A stretch of DNA of 64,000 bases from an uncultured Oscillospiraceae bacterium (lineage in GTDB: Bacteria > Bacillota > Clostridia > Oscillospirales > Oscillospiraceae), in the NCBI GenBank assembly GCA_944386885.1, contig CALXCU010000060.1:6650-70649 (forward strand), written 5' to 3'. Position numbers and translations under genes: made by a program. Under the pieces are notes generated by a model. The model saw only the letters and a list, made by a program, of their open reading frames with translations, had not been told where the DNA came from and did no database searches. Positions 1-8,741 of the stretch are shown here, one piece after another. How positions within the stretch are numbered: the first letter of the stretch is position 1; every line of letters begins with the position of its first letter.

Positions 1-728
1 ACAGTGGCGGAAATCTCGTCAATGGCGGCCTGGAGTTCCTCCGCCGTCTCCATGGGATAGTCCTCCGGGAAGAAGTCCAGCGTCTTGATGGTGGTCACAT
101 TCAGATCCTGCCGCAGGCGGATCAGGTCCCCGTTGTTCATCTTCAGCTCCCAGACCATCTGGGCGGTAAAGTCCCTCTGGGCCACAAAATCCACATAGCT
201 CACCAGCGCGGCGTCCGGGGCGTAGTCCGGAGACGGGGCGGGTGCCGTGCACATGACGCTGCCGCCCTTTTCCGGCGGGATAAAGTAGGCCTGTACCGAG
301 TCCACTTTCCGCAAAAAGGCCTGCCCGGCTTTGGCGTCGTTTTCCACATAGTTGATATACAGCCGCACAGGGAAACGGTACTGCTTATCCACCTCCGCAT
401 TCTGGTTGACCACATAAAGGGGCTCAAAATGCGTATCGGAGTAGGCGAACACCAGCTGATAAGCGCCGTCGGGATCTCGGTAGAGCACCTCGCCCTGCCC
501 CTCGTAGACCTGGGGCCGGAGGGCAAAGTAGGCCGCCAGGATCGCCGCCGCCAGCACCACCAGCAGCACCAGCGCCCGCGCCACTCTCCCGCGGATGGGA
601 GAACCGGGGGGATGGAGGCAGGTACGGCGATTGATGCGCTGGACGCAATAGGGACAAAAAGACGCCTCCCCAGGCAGGGACGCGCCGCAGTGGGGACAGG
701 TCTTCTGTAAGACCAGCTCGTTCTCCAT
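1..728 (-). CDS. Zinc-ribbon membrane protein; the 3' end runs off the left edge of the window
   Basis: Absent from the ORF track because it runs off the window edge. The reverse complement of 1-728 reads MENELVLQKTCPHCGASLPGEASFCPYCVQRINRR (CxxC..CxxC zinc ribbon), then a hydrophobic span ALVLLVVLAAAILAAYFAL, then a soluble region. The ATG at 728 lies 2 nt after the kinase stop (731-733). Confidence 0.7.
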   Translation of the reverse strand, partial: MENELVLQKTCPHCGASLPGEASFCPYCVQRINRRTCLHPPGSPIRGRVARALVLLVVLAAAILAAYFALRPQVYEGQGEVLYRDPDGAYQLVFAYSDTHFEPLYVVNQNAEVDKQYRFPVRLYINYVENDAKAGQAFLRKVDSVQAYFIPPEKGGSVMCTAPAPSPDYAPDAALVSYVDFVAQRDFTAQMVWELKMNNGDLIRLRQDLNVTTIKTLDFFPEDYPMETAEELQAAIDEISAT

Positions 729-730
729 GT

Positions 731-1486
731 TCACAGGGCCTCCATGAGACGGATAATATTGGGGTAGCGCTTTTTGGGGTTGACCTGGGTACAGCGCCCC
801 ACCACGCGGCCCAGATGTCCCCGGGCCAACTGCTTGGAGGGGTGCTGCCCGGTAAGCATGACATTGATCAGGATGCCGAGGGCATAAATATCCGCCCGCG
901 GGCCGCTCTGGGAGAGGCCGTACTGCTCCGGGGCGGCAAAGCCGGTGGTACCTAAAATCTGGGTATCTGTATCCCGCTCCTGCTTATACAGGCGCGCGGC
1001 ATCAAAGTCAATGAGCACCGCCTCCCGGCCCCGCAGGATGATATTCTCCGGCTTGATATCCCGGTGCACCGCGCCCATAGAATGGAGCGCCCACAGGGCC
1101 TGGCACACCTGGGTGACGATCTGCCGGGTCTCTTTGGGCGAAAACAGGGCTTCTTGCAGCAAAAAATCTAACGTGTCGCCCTCAATGTACTCCTCCAGGA
1201 CCAGATTTTCCTCCCCCTGGCTAGCCACCTCCAGCACGGCGGGCAGATTCCAGCAGGAAATGGAAAGCATCTTGCGGTAGACCTCCGTATTTCCGGTAAA
1301 TTGCCGCAAAATCAGCCTCTTTCCAGACTTTTTGTGCCGGATCAGGCGCACACTGCCGCGGGAGCTCTCTTTGATGAGGCGCGCCTGCTCATACTCCTCC
1401 CGCAGTGTGTCCAAAAGCCATGTATAAATCGGAATCACCTCAAAATTTGACACACTATGCAATGGGCATATTGTTTCGTTTCGCAA
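731..1486 (-). CDS. Hanks-type Ser/Thr protein kinase-like protein (catalytic domain only, atypical ATP site)
   Basis: HRDIKPEN catalytic loop, DFD (a DFG variant) and APE motif are present. There are no extra domains. The start codon is uncertain. Confidence 0.8.
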   Translation of the reverse strand: MRNETICPLHSVSNFEVIPIYTWLLDTLREEYEQARLIKESSRGSVRLIRHKKSGKRLILRQFTGNTEVYRKMLSISCWNLPAVLEVASQGEENLVLEEYIEGDTLDFLLQEALFSPKETRQIVTQVCQALWALHSMGAVHRDIKPENIILRGREAVLIDFDAARLYKQERDTDTQILGTTGFAAPEQYGLSQSGPRADIYALGILINVMLTGQHPSKQLARGHLGRVVGRCTQVNPKKRYPNIIRLMEAL

Positions 1487-1541
1487 AGTGCTGTAGACTT
1501 AGTATATACGATTTTGGGTGAAAAGTAAAGAGGAGGATACT

Positions 1542-1967
1542 ATGGAGCATAAGTCTACCGGCGATTTGACGAAGGCCATGCTGGGCAAATCCAGTCTGGA
1601 TTCCTACTTGCGGGAGAATGAGCCCTTTTTCGCCGACTACAGTGTGGCGGAATTGCTTACCGGGCTCTATGAGAAAAAGAGCATCTCTAAGGCGGCCCTG
1701 GCCCGGGCGGCCGGTATGAGCGAGGTCTATCTCCACCAGGTCTTTTCCGGCCGGAGAAATCCCTCCCGGGACCGGCTCATCTGTCTGTGCATCGGGCTGG
1801 AGGCCAGTCTGGAGGAAATTCAGGAACTGCTCAAGCACGCCGCCCTGGCCCCTCTCTACCCCCGTCTCAAGCGGGACTCCATCATCTGCCACGGCATCCT
1901 TCACCACGCCAGTCTGGCCGAGATCAACGACCGGCTCTTTGCAGAAAACGAGAAGACGCTCTTCTGA
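1542..1967 (+). CDS. XRE-family helix-turn-helix protein
   Basis: SISKAALARAAGMSEVYLHQVFSGRRNPSRDRL is HTH_3-like. AGAGGAGGA lies 6 nt before the ATG at 1542, so the track start at 1518 (GTG) is probably too early. Confidence 0.7.
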   Translation: MEHKSTGDLTKAMLGKSSLDSYLRENEPFFADYSVAELLTGLYEKKSISKAALARAAGMSEVYLHQVFSGRRNPSRDRLICLCIGLEASLEEIQELLKHAALAPLYPRLKRDSIICHGILHHASLAEINDRLFAENEKTLF

Positions 1968-2018
1968 CTTCCCAAATCTCCGTCCCAAAATCAACTGAGA
2001 AAAAAGGAGTGCAACTGT

Positions 2019-3713
2019 ATGAAGAAACGATTCCTGTCCCTGCTGCTGGCGCTGGCCATGTGCCTGTCGCTCTCTGTGCCCGCCCTGGCGGCAGAGGGGG
2101 ATGGAGCCCCCTATTCCCTGCCCTATCTGGAAGATATCGACAGCCTGGAGTTCCTGACCGTACTGCGGGACGGCGAGGAACTCGATGTCGACCTCGACAT
2201 GCCCGGCGTAACTCAGGTGACTTCGGAGATCTATCAATACACCGGCCCCAGCGCTACCTGGTCTGAGATGATCTCCCCCATCCGGGAGGCCCTGAGGGAC
2301 GCCGGGTTTGAGGAAACGCTGAACGTGGACGACAATGGCGACGATGAGTACTACTACGACCGTGGAGGCGAGACCTTCATCCTCCCCGGCGAGACAGACT
2401 CCGGCTCCATCCTGGACTCCGATGACATCATTTATCTCTTCCACTACTACTATGCCGGCGACGATAACGGGTCCGAAGGCCAGCCCAGCCAGAGTACCGG
2501 GACCGCCGGTCTCTCCAACTTTACCAAGAGCAACTCCTACACCGCCGGCCAGTTTACCGACGTGGCCGCCGGAGCCTGGTACGCCTCCGCGGTGCAGTCG
2601 GCCTATGAGTACGGCCTGATGCAGGGCGTGGGCAGCAATACCTTCAACACCACTGGAAATCTGACCATCGGCGAGACCATCGCCATCGCCAGCCGCCTGC
2701 ACGCCACCTACGCCGGCGGGGGCTATACCTTCCCCGCCGGTACTCCCTGGTATCAGCCCTATGTGGACTACGCCATTGAGAACGGCATCTCCTCGGCCTA
2801 CCCCGACTACAACGCCGTCATCAGCCGGGCCTCCTTCGCCATGATCCTCACCAACGCCCTCCCCGCCGAGGCCCTGGCCGAGATCAACAGCGTGGAGGAG
2901 AACGGCATCCCCGATGTGCCCGCCGATGCCAACTATCACGACGCCGTCTACCGCCTCTACCGGGCGGGTGTCCTCTCCGGCACCGACTCCGCCGGCACCT
3001 TTGCTCCCTTTCAGAACATCACCCGGGCCGAGGTGGCCGTCATCCTCACCAACATGGTGGACCCCGCCCAGCGCCAGCACTTTACTCTGAAGGCCGTGGT
3101 CAAGCCCACCGCTCTGACCCTGAGCGCCTCCAGCTTCACGGTGAACACCGGCGACAGCCAGCAGCTTAAGGCGACCCTGACCCCTGTGAACACGACTCTG
3201 CCCGTGACCTGGACCTCCTCGAACACCAGCGTGGCCACCGTGGCCGCGGACGGCACCGTCACCGGCGTGGCCGCCGGCAGCGCTACCATCACCGCCAAGT
3301 GCGGCGACCTCACCGCCACCAGCGCGGTCACCGTGCAGAAGCCGCCGGTCCTCGACATTGACCCCGATTTCTTCTACTACGAGATGAACAGTGTCAACGG
3401 CGTGAAAATGCACCTGAGCGCCTGGAACCGCAGCGGCAAGGTCATCAACTACTATACCCTGAATTTCACTTACATTGACCCGGTGGGCAATCCCGCTGTG
3501 GACGAGATCCAGGGCAACACCACCGTGAACCTGCGGGGCGTGGGTCCCGTCCGGGATGACGGCCAGATCTTCGTCTGGCAGGTGGTCGGCTATGTGCCCT
3601 TCTGCGGCGGCATCCGGCTCAATTACATCGACCTGGAGTACGCCGACGGCACCACGGAGCGGGTCAATATCAATATGACAACCACCCGCACCTCCGCCCC
3701 TGATCTCTGGTAA
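2019..3713 (+). CDS. Secreted cell-surface protein with SLH repeats and a Big_2 (bacterial Ig-like) domain
   Basis: Signal peptide MKKRFLSLLLALAMCLSLSVPALA. SLH-like FTDVAAGAWYASAVQSAYEYGLMQG and YHDAVYRLYRAGVLSG. Big_2-like LTLSASSFTVNTGDSQQLKATLTPVNTTLPVTWTSSNTSVATV. Confidence 0.8.
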   Translation: MKKRFLSLLLALAMCLSLSVPALAAEGDGAPYSLPYLEDIDSLEFLTVLRDGEELDVDLDMPGVTQVTSEIYQYTGPSATWSEMISPIREALRDAGFEETLNVDDNGDDEYYYDRGGETFILPGETDSGSILDSDDIIYLFHYYYAGDDNGSEGQPSQSTGTAGLSNFTKSNSYTAGQFTDVAAGAWYASAVQSAYEYGLMQGVGSNTFNTTGNLTIGETIAIASRLHATYAGGGYTFPAGTPWYQPYVDYAIENGISSAYPDYNAVISRASFAMILTNALPAEALAEINSVEENGIPDVPADANYHDAVYRLYRAGVLSGTDSAGTFAPFQNITRAEVAVILTNMVDPAQRQHFTLKAVVKPTALTLSASSFTVNTGDSQQLKATLTPVNTTLPVTWTSSNTSVATVAADGTVTGVAAGSATITAKCGDLTATSAVTVQKPPVLDIDPDFFYYEMNSVNGVKMHLSAWNRSGKVINYYTLNFTYIDPVGNPAVDEIQGNTTVNLRGVGPVRDDGQIFVWQVVGYVPFCGGIRLNYIDLEYADGTTERVNINMTTTRTSAPDLW

Positions 3714-3726
3714 CCACACATGCTAT

Positions 3727-3758
3727 GCCGGCCCGGCGGGTTCTCCCGCCGGGCCGGC
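3727..3758. terminator. GC-rich hairpin after the SLH/Big_2 gene (no clear U-tract)
   Basis: gccggcccggcggg-ttct-cccgccgggccggc, a perfect 14-bp stem. Confidence 0.45.
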
Positions 3759-3794
3759 ACGCCTGACCGTACCGGCCGAGGCAATTCCCACATG

Positions 3795-3840
3795 CAAAAC
3801 GGCGCGGGCCCCAGTGTGAATCACTGCGGCCCGCGCTTTT
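3795..3840. terminator. Possible bidirectional terminator between the convergent SLH gene and treR
   Basis: Stem gcgcgggcc (3802-3810) / ggcccgcgc (3828-3836). TTTT follows on the + strand and GTTTTG follows on the - strand. The loop contains the treR stop codon. Confidence 0.5.
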
Positions 3841-4579
3841 CTGCTATCGAATGATGTTCCGGCGTGCGCACGGCATTATCCTGGAAGCGAAAAATGCCAG
3901 GATAATGCCGGGACTGGGTGTACTCAAACATGACCCCGTCGCTGTTGTAGGTCTGGCTGCTCATCACTGCCAGGCAGTCGTACTCCCCCAGCTCCAGCCA
4001 CTGCCGGTCCTCCTCCGTCGCCCGCTCCACGGTGATGGTGCGCTTACTGGTGACGATGGACATCCCCAGCTTCTCCTCCAGGTAGCGGTAACTGGAGCCC
4101 GCGGCAATCTGGGCCGTCAAGCCGGGCATGCAGTCCCAGCGGAAATAGTTGTGGTTCAGGATACGGGGGACGCCGTCCAGGTCGTGGACCCGCTGGAGAT
4201 AAAAGAGCTCCGTCCCCGCGGGAAAGCCGGTGCGCCGGGCCAGCTCTTCCCCCGCGGTGCACAGGGTGAAAAGGACCACCCGGGTACTGCTGTGCTGCCC
4301 GGTGCGGCGGGAGGTTTCGGCGAAGGACTCGATGGTCCCCATGGTATAGGAGGAGGGCTCAATGGGCTGGAAAATATTGCACACGCCCCAGCCCTGCCGG
4401 GTCTGGACGTAGCCGTCCCGCACCAACCCCGCCAGAGCGCGGCGCACCGTGTTGCGGGAACAGCCGAACTCCCCGATCAGAGTGTTCTCCGAGGGCAGCA
4501 ACTGCCCCACCGGGTACTCCCCCGCCTCGATACGCCCCTTCAGCGCCCGGTAGATCTCCCCGTATTTTTGACGCGGCAC
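3821..4579 (-). CDS. treR: GntR/HutC-family repressor with a UTRA effector domain; likely trehalose operon repressor
   Basis: N-terminal wHTH LPSENTLIGEFGCSRNTVRRALAGLVRDGYV. Divergent from the trehalose PTS/hydrolase operon. Confidence 0.85.
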   Translation of the reverse strand: MPRQKYGEIYRALKGRIEAGEYPVGQLLPSENTLIGEFGCSRNTVRRALAGLVRDGYVQTRQGWGVCNIFQPIEPSSYTMGTIESFAETSRRTGQHSSTRVVLFTLCTAGEELARRTGFPAGTELFYLQRVHDLDGVPRILNHNYFRWDCMPGLTAQIAAGSSYRYLEEKLGMSIVTSKRTITVERATEEDRQWLELGEYDCLAVMSSQTYNSDGVMFEYTQSRHYPGIFRFQDNAVRTPEHHSIAEKRGPQ

Positions 4580-4591
4580 TCTGGTTTCCTC

Positions 4592-4605
4592 CTTGTTTGA
4601 ACAAG
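4592..4605. promoter_or_regulatory. Operator-like palindrome O1 (CTTGTT-TG-AACAAG) overlapping the treR ribosome-binding site
   Basis: 6-bp perfect arms. It shares the core TTGTTnAACAA-like sequence with O2. Confidence 0.55.
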
Positions 4606-4710
4606 TTTTGATTCTCTTCTACTTTACCACTTTTCCCAGGGAAAAGTCAATCGCTTTTTCACCTGTAAATCTGAACAAAAAAGCCTCCCTAAATTTATCC
4701 AAACAGCCCA

Positions 4711-4739
4711 TTGACTTGTTTAAACAAGTTAGGTATGAT
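4711..4739 (+). promoter_or_regulatory. tre operon promoter (TTGACT-N17-TATGAT) with the perfect 16-bp palindrome O2 (ACTTGTTTAAACAAGT, 4714-4729) in the spacer
   Basis: -35 at 4711-4716 and -10 at 4734-4739. The palindrome occupies the spacer. Confidence 0.7.
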
Positions 4740-4819
4740 GTCTTTACCGGCCCGGGCGGAAGAACCGCGCAAAACCGGGCAAACTGCAAAGGCAAGATTT
4801 TAAAGGAGGGACCGCACCC

Positions 4820-6766
4820 ATGGCAGACTATCGCTCCGACGTCCAGGCGCTGCTCCGTTTGGTGGGCGGCAAAGAAAACATCCAGGCGGTATCCCACTGC
4901 ATGACGCGCATGCGCTTCGTGCTGGTGGATGCCGCCAAGGCGGACACCGCCCAGATCGAACAGCTCCCCTCAGTGAAGGGAACCTTTACTCAGGCGGGCC
5001 AGTTCCAGGTCATCATCGGCAACGATGTGGCCAATTTCTACAACCAGTTCACCGCCTTCGCCGGCATTGAGGGCGTGAGCAAGGACGCGGTAAAAGCCGC
5101 CGCCAAGACCAATCAGTCTCCCATCCAGCGCATCATGGGCACCCTAGGTGAGATCTTCGCACCCATCATCCCCGCCCTGATCTGCGGCGGCCTGATCCTT
5201 GGCTTCCGCAACGTCATCGGCGAGATCAGCTTTTTTGGCGGCGGCACCCAGAGCCTGGCCGACGTGTCCCAGTTCTGGGCGGGCATGTACAGCTTCCTCT
5301 GGCTCATCGGCGAGGCGGTCTTCCATATGCTCCCCGTGGGCATCGTCTGGTCCATCACCAAGAAGATGGGCACCACCCAGATCCTGGGCATTATCCTGGG
5401 CCTGACTCTGGTCTCCCCCCAGTTGCTCAACGGTTTCTCAGTGGCCACCACCGCCGCCGAGGACATCCCGGTCTGGGACTTTGGCTTTCTCCAGGTGCAG
5501 ATGATTGGCTATCAGGGCCAGGTCATCGCCGCCATGCTGGCGGGCTTTGTGCTGGTGTATCTGGAAAAGTTCTTTAAAAAGCACTGCCCCGAGGTAGTCA
5601 GCATGATCGTGGTGCCCTTCTGCTCCCTGGTGCCCGCGGTCATCATCGCCCACACCATTGTGGGCCCCATTGGCTGGCGTATTGGCGACGCCATCGCCAC
5701 GGTCGTCAACCTGGGCCTCACCTCCAATGTGAAGTGGCTCTTTGCGGCCATCTTCGGTCTGGTCTACGCCCCGCTGGTCATGACCGGCCTGCACCACATG
5801 ACCAACGCCATCGACTCCCAGCTGGTGAACCTCTACGGGGGCACCAACCTCTGGCCCATGATCGCCCTGTCCAACATCGCCCAGGGCTCCGCCGTGCTGG
5901 CCATGAGCGTTTTGCAGAAGAAGAACGAGCGGGCCCAGCAGGTGAACATCCCCGCGTGCATCTCCTGCTACCTGGGCGTCACCGAGCCCGCCCTCTTCGG
6001 CGTAAACCTGAAGTACGGCTTCCCCCTGGTCTGCGGCATGATCGGCTCGGCCTGCGCCGCGGTCATCTCCATCGGCACCGGCGTGTACGCCTACTCCATC
6101 GGCGTGGGCGGCCTGCCCGGCATCCTGTCCATCATGCCCCAGTACTGGCTCAACTTTCTCATCGCCATGCTGGTGGCCATCGTGGTGCCCTTTGTCCTGA
6201 CCATCCTGGTGGGCAGCCGGAAGCTCTCGGCGGAGGACCGGGCCGGGAAGGCTCCCGCCGTCCCGGCGGAGCCCGCCCCCGAGGCTGCTCCAGAAGCCTC
6301 CTCCGCCCCCGCCGGCGCTCTGACTGTTGCCTCCCCCATCACCGGGCGCATCCTGCCCCTGGATGAAATTCCCGACCAGGTCTTCTCCCAGGGCGTGCTG
6401 GGGGAGGGCGTAGGCATTGACCCCACCGGCAATGTGGTGGTTGCCCCTGCCGACGCCACGGTCTGCTCCGTCATGGAGGAGAGCCGCCACGCCGTGGGCC
6501 TGACCCTGGACAACGGCGCAGAGCTGCTCATCCACGTGGGTATGGACACCGTGGCCATGGGCGGCGACGGCTTCCAGCTCCATGCGAAGGAGGGCGACCG
6601 GGTCCGCCGGGGCGAGAAGCTCATCACCTTTGACCCGGAGAAGATCAAGGCCGCCGGACACCCCACCATCACCGCTTTCATTGTCAGCGACCCCGGCGAC
6701 ACCACCCCCACCTTTACTACCGGTATGGACGCGGTGGCCGGCGAGACCCCGGTCATCCAGTTTTAA
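4820..6766 (+). CDS. treP: PTS trehalose-type EIIBCA component (three domains fused)
   Basis: EIIB motif AVSHCMTRMRF, a long polytopic EIIC, an Ala/Pro linker, and a C-terminal EIIA-Glc domain (LIHVGMDTVAMGGDGF). Adjacent to the phosphotrehalase and treR. Confidence 0.85.
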   Translation: MADYRSDVQALLRLVGGKENIQAVSHCMTRMRFVLVDAAKADTAQIEQLPSVKGTFTQAGQFQVIIGNDVANFYNQFTAFAGIEGVSKDAVKAAAKTNQSPIQRIMGTLGEIFAPIIPALICGGLILGFRNVIGEISFFGGGTQSLADVSQFWAGMYSFLWLIGEAVFHMLPVGIVWSITKKMGTTQILGIILGLTLVSPQLLNGFSVATTAAEDIPVWDFGFLQVQMIGYQGQVIAAMLAGFVLVYLEKFFKKHCPEVVSMIVVPFCSLVPAVIIAHTIVGPIGWRIGDAIATVVNLGLTSNVKWLFAAIFGLVYAPLVMTGLHHMTNAIDSQLVNLYGGTNLWPMIALSNIAQGSAVLAMSVLQKKNERAQQVNIPACISCYLGVTEPALFGVNLKYGFPLVCGMIGSACAAVISIGTGVYAYSIGVGGLPGILSIMPQYWLNFLIAMLVAIVVPFVLTILVGSRKLSAEDRAGKAPAVPAEPAPEAAPEASSAPAGALTVASPITGRILPLDEIPDQVFSQGVLGEGVGIDPTGNVVVAPADATVCSVMEESRHAVGLTLDNGAELLIHVGMDTVAMGGDGFQLHAKEGDRVRRGEKLITFDPEKIKAAGHPTITAFIVSDPGDTTPTFTTGMDAVAGETPVIQF

Positions 6767-6778
6767 GGAGGGCGCCCC

Positions 6779-8428
6779 ATGGCTGATTTCAAAAAAAGCA
6801 CCGTCTATCAGATCTATCCCAAATCCTTCCTGGACACCAACGGGGACGGCCTGGGGGAACTCCGGGGTGTCACGGCCAAGCTGGACTACCTGAAGGAGCT
6901 GGGCGTGGACTACCTCTGGCTCACCCCCTTCTTCGTCTCCCCCCAGAACGACAACGGCTACGACGTGGCCGATTACCGCAGCATTGACCCCCGGTACGGG
7001 ACCATGGACGACTTTGACGAGCTGGTCCGGGAGGCCGGGAAGCGGGGCATCGGCCTCATGCTGGACATGGTCTTCAACCACACGTCCACCGAACACGAGT
7101 GGTTCCAAAAGGCCCTGGCCGGGGACCCCAAATATAAGGACTATTATATTTGGAAGAAGGGCAGGCCCAATGGGGAGCCCCCCACCAACTGGGAGAGCAA
7201 ATTCGGCGGAAACGCCTGGGAATACGTCCCCAAGTTTGACGAGTACTACCTCCACCTCTTCGACCGGACCCAGGCCGACCTGAACTGGGACAACCCGGAG
7301 GTCCGCTCTGAGGTGGCCGATGTGGTCCGCTTCTGGATGGCCAAAGGGGTAAAGGGCTTCCGCTTCGACGTCATCAACCTCATCAGCAAAGGCGCCTTTG
7401 AGGACGACCAGGAGGGGGACGGCCGCCGGTTCTACACCGATGGCCCCCGCATCCACCAGTACCTCCGGGAGCTCAACGAGGCCACGTTTGGTCAAGACCC
7501 GGGGATCATCACTGTGGGAGAGATGTCCTCCACCTCCATGGAGAACTGCTTCCGGTACGCCGGAGCCGAGAGCCATGAGCTCAGCATGGTCTTTTCCTTC
7601 CACCACCTGAAGGTGGACTTCATGGGCAACGAGAAGTGGGTATTGGTGCCTGCCGACTTCCACAAGCTCAAGGACATCCTCTTCTCCTGGCAGAAGGGCA
7701 TGGCGGCGCACGACGCCTGGAACGCGGTGTTCTGGTGCAACCACGACCAGCCCCGGGTAGTCTCCCGCTTTGGGGACGAGGGCGCGTACTGGAAGCAGTC
7801 GGCCAAAATGCTGGCCAATGTCATCCACTGCCTGCGGGGCACCCCCTATATCTACCAGGGCGAGGAGATCGGCATGACCAACGCCGGCTTCACCAGCCTG
7901 TCCCAGTACCGGGATGTGGAGAGCCTGAACCATTTCCAGATCCTGCGGGACAAGGGCATGAGCGAGGAGAGCGCCTACAACATCCTGAAAGTCCACTCCC
8001 GGGACAACGCCCGCACCCCCATGCAGTGGGACGCCTCCCCCAACGGCGGCTTTACCGGCGGCACCCCCTGGATCAGCGTCAATTCAAACTGTAAGACCAT
8101 CAACGCCGCTTCCCAGGTGGACGACCCGGACTCCATCTTCTCCCACTACCGGGCTCTGGTGCAGCTGCGCAAGGAGTACGACGTGATCGCTTACGGCGAT
8201 TTTGAAGCTCTGGACCAGGCCCACCCCTCGGTGCTGGCCTACCGCCGCCGCTGGAAGGGGGATACCCTCTACTGCATCAGCAATTTCTACCCCAAGCCCT
8301 GCGCCTGGACCTGTCCTGAGGCCCTGGAAGGCTGTCAGGTTCTTCTGTCCAACTACCCGGACGCCAAGGCTTCCTCGACCCTGGAGCTGCGGCCCTACGA
8401 GTCCCTGGTGCTTCTGCGCCGGAGCTGA
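6779..8428 (+). CDS. treC: Alpha,alpha-phosphotrehalase (GH13 trehalose-6-phosphate hydrolase)
   Basis: GH13 motifs: YQIYPKSF, DMVFNHTS, GFRFDVINL, GEMSS, FWCNHDQPR. Confidence 0.9.
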   Translation: MADFKKSTVYQIYPKSFLDTNGDGLGELRGVTAKLDYLKELGVDYLWLTPFFVSPQNDNGYDVADYRSIDPRYGTMDDFDELVREAGKRGIGLMLDMVFNHTSTEHEWFQKALAGDPKYKDYYIWKKGRPNGEPPTNWESKFGGNAWEYVPKFDEYYLHLFDRTQADLNWDNPEVRSEVADVVRFWMAKGVKGFRFDVINLISKGAFEDDQEGDGRRFYTDGPRIHQYLRELNEATFGQDPGIITVGEMSSTSMENCFRYAGAESHELSMVFSFHHLKVDFMGNEKWVLVPADFHKLKDILFSWQKGMAAHDAWNAVFWCNHDQPRVVSRFGDEGAYWKQSAKMLANVIHCLRGTPYIYQGEEIGMTNAGFTSLSQYRDVESLNHFQILRDKGMSEESAYNILKVHSRDNARTPMQWDASPNGGFTGGTPWISVNSNCKTINAASQVDDPDSIFSHYRALVQLRKEYDVIAYGDFEALDQAHPSVLAYRRRWKGDTLYCISNFYPKPCAWTCPEALEGCQVLLSNYPDAKASSTLELRPYESLVLLRRS

Positions 8429-8445
8429 GCGTTCTCTCCCGGCTG

Positions 8446-8481
8446 CCCCGGTCCGTTCCCCGAACGGGCCGGGGTATTTTT
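8446..8481 (+). terminator. Rho-independent terminator of the tre operon
   Basis: ccccggtccgttc-ccc-gaacgggccgggg followed by tattttt. Confidence 0.8.
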
Positions 8482-8485
8482 CCTC

Positions 8486-8514
8486 TTGACTTTCACACCA
8501 AAATGTGTTAAAGT
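8486..8514 (+). promoter_or_regulatory. Promoter TTGACT-N17-TAAAGT for the aro leader
   Basis: -35 at 8486-8491 and -10 at 8509-8514. The same hexamer pair recurs at 13268-13296. Confidence 0.6.
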
Positions 8515-8544
8515 GCAGGTATCTTCCATCAGGAGGTAGCATTT

Positions 8545-8619
8545 ATGCTCTGCACCACCGGTTATGCGTATGGCGATTACCGCTACTATTTTAGCAGCGG
8601 TCATTTTGCCTGCCCATAA
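8545..8619 (+). CDS. Putative 24-aa leader peptide MLCTTGYAYGDYRYYFSSGHFACP (Tyr/Phe-rich)
   Basis: AGGAGG at 8531-8536 lies 8 nt before the ATG. The peptide has 5 Tyr and 2 Phe codons, with the run Y-R-Y-Y-F at codons 12-16. It lies between a promoter and a terminator, upstream of aroF-tyrA. Confidence 0.55.
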   Translation: MLCTTGYAYGDYRYYFSSGHFACP

Positions 8620-8673
8620 CCGGCCTGTCAGGATGGAAGTCCCGCCCCCGAATCGGGGGAGTTTCGGAACTGG

Positions 8674-8711
8674 AACCCGCGGCAGCCCAGTTGGGCGGCC
8701 GCGGGTTTTTT
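8674..8711 (+). terminator. Attenuator terminator in the aroF leader
   Basis: AACCCGCGGCAGCCCA-GT-TGGGCGGCCGCGGGTT: 16 stem positions with one A.G mismatch. The T-run TTTTTT spans 8706-8711, its first two T forming the last two positions of the 3' arm. It ends 31 nt before the aroF ATG. Confidence 0.75.
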
Positions 8712-8741
8712 CACGCACAAAAAGAAAGGCAGGGAATTTCT

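Noticed and set aside
1455-3719. Very long antisense or alternate-frame ORFs in the track. Examples: 1455-3719(-), 5438-7996(-), 9537-10691(-), 13495-14643(-), 16010-18034(-), 18923-20389(-), 24163-25821(-), 27134-28204(+), 28431-30470(+), 31191-32351(-), 34561-36330(-), 49648-51156(+), 52211-53767(+), 54228-55199(-).
   Set aside because: Their translations are low-complexity and G/A/V/H/R/P/D-rich, with no recognisable motifs. Each lies opposite to, or out of frame with, a gene that has clear family signatures and a proper ribosome-binding site. Open antisense frames like these are expected in DNA with GC-rich third codon positions.
8515-8741. A T-box or other known riboswitch upstream of aroF.
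   Set aside because: The region has no AAnnnGGTGGTACC T-box sequence, no AG bulge or distal-loop motifs, and is too short. The leader-peptide interpretation fits better and is reported as a finding.
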